Shown here in pieces: positions 57,401 to 64,000 of a DNA stretch of 64,000 nucleotides. The notes under the pieces were generated by a model that worked only from the letters and a program-made list of their open reading frames with translations, did no database searches and was not told the DNA's origin. Each line of letters starts with the position of its first letter. Positions within the stretch are counted from its first letter, which is position 1. This DNA is from Candidatus Poriferihabitaceae bacterium (lineage in GTDB: Bacteria > Pseudomonadota > Gammaproteobacteria > Arenicellales > Poriferihabitantaceae). The stretch is taken from the NCBI GenBank assembly GCA_965204165.1, contig OZ241969.1, forward strand, positions 498,910 through 562,909, in the 5' to 3' direction. The translations under genes and the position numbers were made by a program.

Positions 57401-57997
57401 CAGCGGGATTCCGCGGCTGCGGGCCAGGTCCGCGGCCAGGGCAATGAAACCCTCCTCCCCGGTCCGCCCCACACGGCTGACTTCCTGGTACAGGCGGTCG
57501 CCGGCCAGGTCATGGAGCCCCGCGAGCACCGCGCCGGGATCATCGTGGTTGTGTTCCCACGCCCAGGCCAGCGGGCCTTCCTGGTCGTCCAGGATCACGA
57601 TCAGCCCCCCGTGCAGCGCCTGGAAATCCGCCCAGGTGATCACCACCCGCTGGTTGGTCTGGCCGCGCAGGTACGCGGCCGTGAGCAGGCGGCTCAGGTT
57701 GCGGTAGCCCGCCTGGTTCTGGCACAGCAGTTTGAGCCTGTGGAACGCGGGCCAGTCCCCGGCTTCCTGCTCCGCCGGCAGTTCCAGCCAGACATCGGCG
57801 CCGATGATGGGCTTGATTCCGGCGCCGAGACAGGCCTGGTAGAACTTCACCGCCCCGTAGAGATTGGACAGGTCCGTGACCGCCACCGCCGGCTGGCCGA
57901 TTTCCGCCACCCGTTCAGCCAGGGGGCCGATCCTCACGATCCCGTCCGCCAGGGAGTACTCGGTATGCAGGTTGAGGTGTACGAAGACCTGTTCCAT
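54467..57997 (-). CDS. dnaE: DNA polymerase III alpha subunit
   Basis: 1176 aa with an N-terminal PHP domain (FVHLNLHTEYSLADG), a polymerase core (GRGSGAGSLVAW, PDFDVDF) and a C-terminal OB fold. Confidence 0.97.
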   Translation of the reverse strand: MEQVFVHLNLHTEYSLADGIVRIGPLAERVAEIGQPAVAVTDLSNLYGAVKFYQACLGAGIKPIIGADVWLELPAEQEAGDWPAFHRLKLLCQNQAGYRNLSRLLTAAYLRGQTNQRVVITWADFQALHGGLIVILDDQEGPLAWAWEHNHDDPGAVLAGLHDLAGDRLYQEVSRVGRTGEEGFIALAADLARSRGIPLVATNRVVYLTPDEYEAHEIRVCINDGRVLRDSRRPRRFTDRQYLRSSEEMVMLFRDHPEAVANTAEVAKRCNLFLRFDENYLPDYPGARDESVSGLLRQETEKGLARRLGVGAIRGADGQAAVQPTYLDRMEMELSVIDQMGFSGYFLIVADFIRWSRENGIPVGPGRGSGAGSLVAWSTGITDLDPLRYGLLFERFLNPERVSLPDFDVDFCVDGRDRVIEYVADRYGREQVAQIITFGTMAAKAVVRDVGRVMGQPYGFVDQVAKLIPFELGMTLDKALRQEEALAARYREEPEIQELIDMALQLEGIARNVGKHAGGVVIAPRPLTEFTPLYADRHLSQAITQFDKDDLESIGLVKFDFLGLKTLTIIDNAVRMANDQRQAAGDPPLVLDDTLPLDDAKTYELIRQGRTTAIFQLESRGMKELILRLQPDSFEDLVALVALFRPGPLQSGMVDDFINRKHGREPVRSPHPDISPILQSTYGVILYQEQVMQIAQELAGFTLGGADLLRRAMGKKKPEEMAKHRQMFADGAVERGVKRGIAESIFDLMEKFAGYGFNKSHSAAYALVSYHTGWLKARYPAAFMAAAMTADIDNTDKVVSLRADALDMGLEVLPPDINACSYGFRPVDDRRIQYGVGALKGIGRGVIDAIVDERNAGGAFPDLFDFCRRVDGKKVNRRVLEALIKSGAMDGLHGNRAQLMADVGRAMHAADQQQTDRDAGQSDMFGVTAVPLAEVSTPEVAPWTEDERLAGERETLGLYLTGHPFDRYREELAGLVVRAPHALDLGTPRDGVIAGLVTGLRVLNTRRGKMAVATLDDGVSRIEVSLFAEKFAAYSDVVRKDAIIIVQGELSTDDYTGNPQMRAGALYSIDQLRREFLREVGICLSEEFVDDGHVADMEALLGRYAGGDVGVTLHYRRRSGETGDLRLGAGRRVRPDPGLFAGLRGISPPDLRFRYDADALRSANVRERQPRALEYA

Positions 57998-58000
57998 GGC

Positions 58001-58597
58001 CTATCGCGGCCCCCCGGCCACGGAACCCAGGACCCGCTGCACCGGGGAGAAGCTCCGCCTGTGGTGCGCGCAGGGACCATGCCTTTCCAGGGCGTCCAGG
58101 TGCGCCCGGGTGGGGTATCCCTTGTGGCGCTCGAAACCGTATTCCGGGTGGTCCCCCGCCAGACGGCGCATCATCCGGTCCCGGCACTCCTTCGCCAGGA
58201 TGGAGGCGGCCGAGATTTCCGCATGCAGCCGGTCGCCCCCCACGACCATGCGTGTGGGCAGGCCAAGCCCGGGGTCCCGGTTGCCGTCCACCAGGACCAG
58301 GGCGGGCGGCACCCCGAGCCCCTCCACCGCCCGGCGCATGGCGAGCAGCGAGGCCTTGAGGATGTTCAGGCGGTCGATTTCGGCCACCGTCGCGAATGCG
58401 ACATGCCAGCGAAGCGCCCGCTCCTTGATCACCGGTTCCAGGCGCCGGCGCCGCAGCGGGGACAGCCTCTTGGAATCGTCCAGGCCGTCGATGGGCCGGC
58501 CCCGGGGCAGGATGACCGCGGCCGCCACGACCGGGCCCGCCAGCGGCCCCCTGCCGGCTTCATCCACACCGGCGACCATGGCTCCGGCGCTGTCCAT
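58001..58597 (-). CDS. rnhB: ribonuclease HII
   Basis: 198 aa with [15 protein letters not shown] and DDSKRLS. Confidence 0.9.
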   Translation of the reverse strand: MDSAGAMVAGVDEAGRGPLAGPVVAAAVILPRGRPIDGLDDSKRLSPLRRRRLEPVIKERALRWHVAFATVAEIDRLNILKASLLAMRRAVEGLGVPPALVLVDGNRDPGLGLPTRMVVGGDRLHAEISAASILAKECRDRMMRRLAGDHPEYGFERHKGYPTRAHLDALERHGPCAHHRRSFSPVQRVLGSVAGGPR

Positions 58598-59742
58598 CAG
58601 GGCCGCTTCATCAGCCCGGACACCACCTCCGCCGCCATTCGGTCCGCATCCCGGTGAAGGGCGGTCTGAATGTCGGCAAAGGCAGCTTTGATATCCCGCA
58701 TACGTTCGGGATTCTGCAGGTAAGCGCAGACGCTTTCAACAATGTTCCGCGGATTGGCATCATGCTGGATCAGTTCCGGGACGAGGGGCGCGGGCAGCAG
58801 GTGGTTGGGCATGGCGAAATGGTCCACCAGCCGCATCCTGCGCATCAGCCAGTAACTGAACGGCGACAGCCGGTATACCACCACATGGGGCACCTGCAGG
58901 AGCGCCGCCTCCAGCGATGCGGTGCCCGAGGCCAGCACCGCCACATCGGCGGCTTCCAGCGCAAGGCGCGAGCGGCCGTCCAGCAGCAGTATCGGCAGGT
59001 CGTCCGTGTCCCCCGCCTCCCGCTCGAACGCCTCCCTGGCCTCCGGTCCGGCGAACGGGAGAACGAAGCGGGCCTCCGGGTGCTGCCGCGCCAGCCGCCT
59101 GGCCGCCAGGAGCATCGGTTCCGCCAGGCGGCGCACCTCGCTGCTCCGGCTGCCGGGAAGCAGCGCCAGCACCAGCCCCCGGTCCGGCAGTCCCAGGGCG
59201 CGGCGCGCGGCCGCCGGATCGGGCGCCCTGATCTCATCCGCCATCGGATGCCCGACGCAGGTCACCGGTATGCCGCAACGACGGTAGTACTCGGCCTCGA
59301 ACGGAAACAGCGCCAGCATGTGGTCCACCGCCCGGCGGATCCGGCGGATCCGGTATCCCCGCCACGCCCAGACGGTGGGACTGACGTAGTGGACGCACGG
59401 GATACCGCCCGACCGGAGCTTCGCCTCCAGTCCCAGGTTGAAGTCCGGCACGTCCACGCCCACGAACGCCGCCGGCGGATTCCGGCGCCACCGCCTGGCG
59501 AGGTCCCTGCGGATGGCAAGAATATCCCGCAGCTTGCCCCACAGGCCGTCCAGCCCCATCACGCCGATGCGTTCCATGGGATACAGCAGGCGGCAGCCCG
59601 CAGCGTCCATGTCGGGCCCGCCGATTCCGGAAAATTCAAGGTCCGGATGCCGCCGGCGCAGCGCCCGGATCAGCCCGGCACCGAGCCGGTCACCGGACGG
59701 CTCCCCGGCCACGATGGCGATCCGTTGATTGCCCTTTGCCAC
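58597..59742 (-). CDS. lpxB: lipid-A-disaccharide synthase
   Basis: 381 aa with a GTG start. [12 protein letters not shown]-terminus. Its stop shares one nt with the rnhB start. Confidence 0.9.
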   Translation of the reverse strand: MAKGNQRIAIVAGEPSGDRLGAGLIRALRRRHPDLEFSGIGGPDMDAAGCRLLYPMERIGVMGLDGLWGKLRDILAIRRDLARRWRRNPPAAFVGVDVPDFNLGLEAKLRSGGIPCVHYVSPTVWAWRGYRIRRIRRAVDHMLALFPFEAEYYRRCGIPVTCVGHPMADEIRAPDPAAARRALGLPDRGLVLALLPGSRSSEVRRLAEPMLLAARRLARQHPEARFVLPFAGPEAREAFEREAGDTDDLPILLLDGRSRLALEAADVAVLASGTASLEAALLQVPHVVVYRLSPFSYWLMRRMRLVDHFAMPNHLLPAPLVPELIQHDANPRNIVESVCAYLQNPERMRDIKAAFADIQTALHRDADRMAAEVVSGLMKRP

Positions 59743-59752
59743 GACCGGCCGC

Positions 59753-60532
59753 TCAGTGGCGGATCACGCCGCGTTCGGAGCGCCGTAGGAATTCACAGAA
59801 TGTGGACAGGGCGGGGTCGCCGGGGGCCAGGCGTTCGATATCCCGAATGGCGGTCTTCAGGTCGAGATTGCACCGGTAGAGCAGGCGGTAGGCGCGCTTC
59901 AGCAGGGTAATGGTTTCCTCGGGAAAGCTGCGTCGGTGGAGCCCCTTGGCGTTGATGCCGTAGGGCCGCGCCGAATTCCCGGCGGCCACGATGAACGGGG
60001 GGACGTCCTGGAAGCACACGGCGCCGATCCCGGTGATGCAGTGCGCCCCCACCTGGCAGAACTGGTGCACCAGTGTAAAACCGCCCAGGATGGCGTAGTC
60101 CCCCACGTCCACGTGTCCCGCAAGACTGGCGCCGTTGGCGAAGGTGACGTGATTTCCCAGGGTGCAGTCATGGGCGATGTGCGCATAGGCCATGATGAAG
60201 TTGTCGTCGCCGATCCGCGTCTGTCCCAGGTGGCCGGCGGTGCCGCGGTTGAAGGTGCAGTATTCCCGGATGATGTTCCGGTCCCCGATCATCAGCCTCG
60301 TGGGCTCGCCGGCATAACCATGGTGCTGCGGGGACTCGCCGATGGAACTGAACTGGTAGAGCCTGTTATGCCGGCCGATGGTCGTATGGTTCCGGATCAC
60401 CACATGGGGACCGATCCAGGTACCGTCACCGACGACAACGTCGTCCTCGATGATGCTGTACGGCCCGACCTGCACTCCTTCACCGAGTTCCGCCCCGGGG
60501 TCCACAATCGCGGTGGGGTGAATCTCCGCCAT
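59753..60532 (-). CDS. lpxA: acyl-ACP--UDP-N-acetylglucosamine O-acyltransferase
   Basis: Hexapeptide-repeat protein with N-terminus MAEIHPTAIVDPGAELGEG. ATG 60532 is preferred over the TTG at 60535. It shares one nt with the fabZ stop. Confidence 0.9.
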   Translation of the reverse strand: MAEIHPTAIVDPGAELGEGVQVGPYSIIEDDVVVGDGTWIGPHVVIRNHTTIGRHNRLYQFSSIGESPQHHGYAGEPTRLMIGDRNIIREYCTFNRGTAGHLGQTRIGDDNFIMAYAHIAHDCTLGNHVTFANGASLAGHVDVGDYAILGGFTLVHQFCQVGAHCITGIGAVCFQDVPPFIVAAGNSARPYGINAKGLHRRSFPEETITLLKRAYRLLYRCNLDLKTAIRDIERLAPGDPALSTFCEFLRRSERGVIRH

Positions 60533-60984
60533 CAATAGTTGCGGTAGGTGAACGTGATGTTGGCTTCGGCCGCCAGGCTGTCATTCACCGATGCGGTTCC
60601 CCGGTATTTCCAGATTCTTGACCGGTAGTTCGTCTGGCTCACTTCCAGGATCAGCTGATCCCCCGGCCCGACCGGTCTCTTGAAACGGGCGTTGTCGATG
60701 CCCGCGAACAGGAAGATGATGTTCTCCCCGGGGTCCTCTTCCAGGCCGCGGCTTGCCAGGATGGCGGATGCCTGGGCAATGGCCTCGATGATCAGCACCC
60801 CGGGGAACACCGGGCGCCCCGGGAAGTGGCCCTGGAAAAACGGTTCATTGACCGTGACATTCTTGACCGCCCGCAGCGATTCACCCACGGTGTAGTCGAT
60901 CACCCGGTCGATCAGGAGAAAGGGATACCGGTGGGGCAGGATGCCCATTACCCGGTGAATGTCAAGTGTCTCGTTGCTGCTCAT
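60532..60984 (-). CDS. fabZ: 3-hydroxyacyl-ACP dehydratase FabZ
   Basis: 150 aa with LPHRYPFLLIDRV, FFQGHFP and GVLIIEA. Confidence 0.9.
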   Translation of the reverse strand: MSSNETLDIHRVMGILPHRYPFLLIDRVIDYTVGESLRAVKNVTVNEPFFQGHFPGRPVFPGVLIIEAIAQASAILASRGLEEDPGENIIFLFAGIDNARFKRPVGPGDQLILEVSQTNYRSRIWKYRGTASVNDSLAAEANITFTYRNY

Positions 60985-61146
60985 GTCGGTTCCGTTTGTG
61001 CGGGGTGGGACAACAGTGGTGATGCGGTCGAAGTGTCTGTTGATGTGGTGATCCCGAAATCGGTCGCATTCCCCGGGTGCTGGTTGCCGGCCGCACGTTC
61101 CTCCTCCCAGGCGGTCCGGACGGCGCCCGTGCCGTCCGCGACATGG

Positions 61147-62172
61147 TCAATCCCCGTCACCGCGGGACGTTCTCCGCATGCTCTCCAGGCGATTGAGCAT
61201 GGCCACGATCCGCCGCCACCGCGATGCCGGCTGCGCCGGAATCATGGAAGCCCATGTCCCCGCCTCCGGAATCGAACTGGCCACGAACGCGCCGGCGTTC
61301 AGCACCACATCATCCGCGATGACCAGGTGGTCGAGAATGGAAACCCGCCCGCCGATACGGCAGCGACGGCCGATCCGCGTGCTGCCCGCCACGGCAGTGC
61401 ACCCGGCAATGATTGTATCATCCCCGATCCGGACGTTATGGGCAATCTGGATCTGATTGTCCAGCTTCACCCGGTCACCGATCACGGTATCGTCAATGGC
61501 GCCGCGATCGATGGTGGTGTTCGCGCCGATATCCACCTCGTCGCCGATATCCACCCCGCCCAACTGGTGAATCTTTGTCCACCGTCCCCCTTCCGGGGCG
61601 TACCCGAAACCGCTGGCGCCGACCACGACACCCGGCGAAAGCACGCAGTCGCGTCCGATCCTGGAGCGCCGGCACAGTGTTACGGAGGATTCGATCCGGG
61701 TCCCGTCGCCCACCTCGCAGCCATCCTCCAGGACGGCGTTGTGGCCGATGACGACACGGTCGCCGATGCGGCAGTCACGGCCGACGACCGCGCCCGCGCC
61801 GATGATCGCGCGATGGCCGATGACCGACCCCGGCCCGACCACCGCGTTCGGATGCACCCGGGAATCCTCACCCCCCTGCCCTTCGGCGAACAGTGCGCTG
61901 ACCTGGGCGTAGGCAATGTAGGGGTCGGCCACCAGTATGCGGTTGCCGGTGAAGGCGGCGGCATGGGCCTCCGTGACGAGCAGGCAGCCCGGTGGAACAG
62001 TGAAGCGGTCGGGAAGGTGCCGCGGGGAAGCCAGGAAGGAAAGCCTGTCGGCAGCCGGCCGGTCGATACTCGCCAGTCCGCTGATGATCGCGTCCGGGTC
62101 GCCTTCCAGGCGCCCCCCGCACAATGCCGCGATATCGGCCAGGCGGATGGATGGACTTTCCTGTCGGCTCAT
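61147..62172 (-). CDS. lpxD: UDP-3-O-(3-hydroxyacyl)glucosamine N-acyltransferase
   Basis: 341 aa, a left-handed beta-helix hexapeptide protein with an LpxD N-terminal domain. Confidence 0.9.
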   Translation of the reverse strand: MSRQESPSIRLADIAALCGGRLEGDPDAIISGLASIDRPAADRLSFLASPRHLPDRFTVPPGCLLVTEAHAAAFTGNRILVADPYIAYAQVSALFAEGQGGEDSRVHPNAVVGPGSVIGHRAIIGAGAVVGRDCRIGDRVVIGHNAVLEDGCEVGDGTRIESSVTLCRRSRIGRDCVLSPGVVVGASGFGYAPEGGRWTKIHQLGGVDIGDEVDIGANTTIDRGAIDDTVIGDRVKLDNQIQIAHNVRIGDDTIIAGCTAVAGSTRIGRRCRIGGRVSILDHLVIADDVVLNAGAFVASSIPEAGTWASMIPAQPASRWRRIVAMLNRLESMRRTSRGDGD

Positions 62173-62187
62173 GGGGCCCCCGCCGGC

Positions 62188-62685
62188 CTATTGCTCCGCG
62201 CGCCTGACCAGCTCCTTGAGCACTTCCTCGGTTATGTCGATGCGATTGCTGACAAACACCGCCTGCTGGATGATCAGGTCGAAGTCGTCACGCCTGGCGA
62301 CGTGAATCACCGCATCGGATATGATCTTCTGGAGTCCCGCCAGGCTGCGGTTCCTGCTGTCGTTGTATTCCTCGTTGTAGTCGCGCTGGTCGCGGCGAAT
62401 GATCCGCTGCATCTCCTGGAGTTCCTCGGATACCCGCGCCACCTCCTCCTCTGCCATCAGCACCGCGTTCTTCTCCAGTTCCTGCCGCCTGGACTCGAAC
62501 AGGTCCACCCGGCCCTTGAGTTCGCGGTTGCGTTCCGCGAAGGCGTCCTCCAGCTTCTTGACTTCCACGATCCCCTGGGGCGACTCGTCGATCAGGCGCC
62601 TTACCTCGACATAGCCGATCTTCTCGGCCAGCGCATATCCGGGCATGGCCAGGAGGAGGAGGATCACATACAGGTATCGCATCAT
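62188..62685 (-). CDS. skp: periplasmic chaperone Skp/OmpH
   Basis: Start moved to ATG 62685 (MMRYLYVILLLLAMPGYALA is a signal peptide). The body is a coiled-coil, Lys/Glu/Arg-rich. It sits between bamA and lpxD. Confidence 0.8.
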   Translation of the reverse strand: MMRYLYVILLLLAMPGYALAEKIGYVEVRRLIDESPQGIVEVKKLEDAFAERNRELKGRVDLFESRRQELEKNAVLMAEEEVARVSEELQEMQRIIRRDQRDYNEEYNDSRNRSLAGLQKIISDAVIHVARRDDFDLIIQQAVFVSNRIDITEEVLKELVRRAEQ

Positions 62686-62781
62686 TGAAACGGACTCCGG
62701 TGTGGAATGCATATTGAACTTACTGTTACGCTGTTCCCGGTGCGCGGGAACGCTGCCGGCCCCATGCCGCGGCAAACCCGA

Positions 62782-64000
62782 TCAGCGGAACAGGGTGCCG
62801 AATGAAATCTGGAAATTCTCGATTTCGTCACCTGCCTTGTCGTTGAGCGGCTCACCGTAACTCAGGCTGAACGGCCCGATGGGAGAGAACCAGTTGAAGG
62901 ACAGGCCGACGGAATAGCGCATCTCGTCGAGATCCACGTCCTCGCCCTGACCGTAGATCATGCCGCCGTCGAAAAAGATTCCGAACCGCTTGTCCTTGTT
63001 CACGCCGTCGCCGAAGGGCGGCAGCAGCAATTCCATATTGACCAGGATACGGCGGTCACCGCCGAGCGGCTGCGGTGTCGCGCCCGAGTCCCTCGGGCCG
63101 AGCGACCGGCCGTCAAAGCCCCTGACGGACCGGGAGCCGCCGGCATAGTAGTTCTTGAAGAACGGCAGGCCGATGTCGGCGCTGTCGCCGAATCCGTCGC
63201 CATACCCGATGCCGCCGCCGACCTTGTAGGTGAGGCTCTCGCCAATCGGCAGGTAATAGGACCCGTTCAGGTTGACCTTGTAATACTCGAAATCACTGCC
63301 CGGCACCGTGATCTCCGTGCTGAGAGCCGCCACGCCGCCCTGGGTGGGAAAGAAGAAATCGTTCCGGGTGTCCCTGGACACGCCGAGGGTCAGCACGACA
63401 TCGTCCGCATCCGGATTCTCCTCGATGATCGGCAGGAACTCCGGCGGCGTTTCACTGGTGGAAGCCAGGTCCAGGCGCTCCAGGGCGACGCCGAGATTGA
63501 GGGAGTTGGTTTCCGCGATCGGGATCCGGTAAGTGACCTCCGCGGTCGTGGTATCGAGAATGTACTCGGCGGTATTGACATCGGCTGAGTTGACTTCCTG
63601 CTGGCTGAGCGTGATGCCCCGGCTGATGCCGTCCGGGGTGTAATAGGGATTGTTGTACGTGACGGAAGCCTCGCGCGCGGCGTCCGAATTGTTCACGTCC
63701 ACGCGCAGTTCACGCCCGGTGCCAAGCACGTTCCGCTGCTGGAAGTTGACGCCCACAAGCGCCCCGTCCGCATCGGAATATCCCGCGGACAGCTGGATGC
63801 TGCCGGTTTCCCGCTCGACCACCACCACGCGCATGTCCACCTGATCCGTGGTGCCCGGAACCGTCGGTGTTTCGATGGTCACGCTGGCGAAGAATCCGAG
63901 GCGGTTCAGCCTTTCCCTGGAGCGCCGCACCGCGCTGGCGGAATACCACGCCCCCTCGAACTGCCGCAGTTCGCGCCGGATCACCTCGTCGCGGGTGTGG
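62782..64000 (-). CDS. bamA: outer membrane protein assembly factor BamA, C-terminal part (gene continues beyond the right edge)
   Basis: The last POTRA domain and the beta-barrel are present, with a C-terminal ...NFQISFGTLFR ending in an aromatic-X pattern. The reading frame stays open to 64000. Confidence 0.9.
   Translation of the reverse strand, partial: HTRDEVIRRELRQFEGAWYSASAVRRSRERLNRLGFFASVTIETPTVPGTTDQVDMRVVVVERETGSIQLSAGYSDADGALVGVNFQQRNVLGTGRELRVDVNNSDAAREASVTYNNPYYTPDGISRGITLSQQEVNSADVNTAEYILDTTTAEVTYRIPIAETNSLNLGVALERLDLASTSETPPEFLPIIEENPDADDVVLTLGVSRDTRNDFFFPTQGGVAALSTEITVPGSDFEYYKVNLNGSYYLPIGESLTYKVGGGIGYGDGFGDSADIGLPFFKNYYAGGSRSVRGFDGRSLGPRDSGATPQPLGGDRRILVNMELLLPPFGDGVNKDKRFGIFFDGGMIYGQGEDVDLDEMRYSVGLSFNWFSPIGPFSLSYGEPLNDKAGDEIENFQISFGTLFR

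Noticed and set aside
55055-58657. 1200-aa plus-strand ORF; similar very long ORFs at 33945-36545, 46034-48529, 8692-10332, 18444-20750, 43669-44559, 48906-50711 and 60826-62688
   Set aside because: All are antisense to genes with unmistakable family motifs (dnaE, fdhA, ccoN, hutU, the kinase, ccoI, lpxD). They have Arg/Gly/Pro/Ala/His-rich low-complexity translations with no motifs. These are typical stop-poor shadow frames of high-GC DNA.
60962-61150. 62-aa ORF in the lpxD-fabZ spacer
   Set aside because: Its composition is His/Pro/Arg/Thr-rich, it overlaps both neighbouring genes, and no motif is recognisable. It is kept only as part of the spacer observation.
1-64000. Searched by eye for CRISPR-like regularly spaced repeats, tRNA T-arm (GTTCGAATC-like) or rRNA signatures, and defence or toxin-antitoxin style gene pairs in all gaps larger than 75 bp
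   Set aside because: None was seen. The gaps are promoter or hairpin regions only. A tRNAscan, Rfam or CRISPR-finder run would be needed to exclude them formally.

Overview
GC-rich chromosomal segment (about two-thirds G+C by eye) from a Gram-negative proteobacterium. The right end carries bamA-skp-lpxD-fabZ-lpxA-lpxB-rnhB-dnaE, a block typical of Gammaproteobacteria. I count about 60 protein genes and saw no rRNA, tRNA or CRISPR array. Contents from left to right: (1) a betaine-type ABC transporter (binding protein plus a truncated permease), djlA, a class I glutamine amidotransferase and a DUF1289 gene. (2) A histidine-utilisation locus, hutH-hutF divergent from hutI-hutC-hutU. It has a HutC-type palindrome in the 46-bp divergent region and is extended by an ornithine-cyclodeaminase-family gene and a membrane hydroxylase. 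(3) A fused double adenylate kinase. (4) An accessory-looking stretch with three DMT/EamA exporters, an SDR, a desaturase + MIO-less HAL-like + exporter operon, a single-polypeptide GAF-PAS-HK-REC-wHTH regulator, and a YcaQ/AlkZ-like glycosylase coupled to an exporter. (5) rbgA, an S1-domain gene, and NRDE, DUF2237 and FAD-oxidoreductase genes. (6) An uncharacterised 4-gene operon: hypothetical, secreted ankyrin, degenerate BirA-like, and a Tat-exported AioB-like Rieske protein with altered ligands. (7) A Tat-dependent Cys-type formate dehydrogenase cluster with DUF3305, DUF3306, polyferredoxin, TorD and Tat-target accessory genes, plus fdhD. (8) The cbb3 oxidase genes yip1-ccoNOQP-(small ORF)-ccoGH-tauE, with divergent ccoI-ccoS; ccoI is split by an IS110/IS1111-type insertion sequence. 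(9) An aldo-keto reductase, then the dnaE-to-bamA block. All functional calls rest on motif and architecture recognition in the translated ORFs; no database search or folding program was run. Many starts were re-derived by hand because the ORF track reports the longest ORF and allows GTG/TTG starts. Many long ORFs in the track are antisense shadows typical of high-GC DNA and were ignored.
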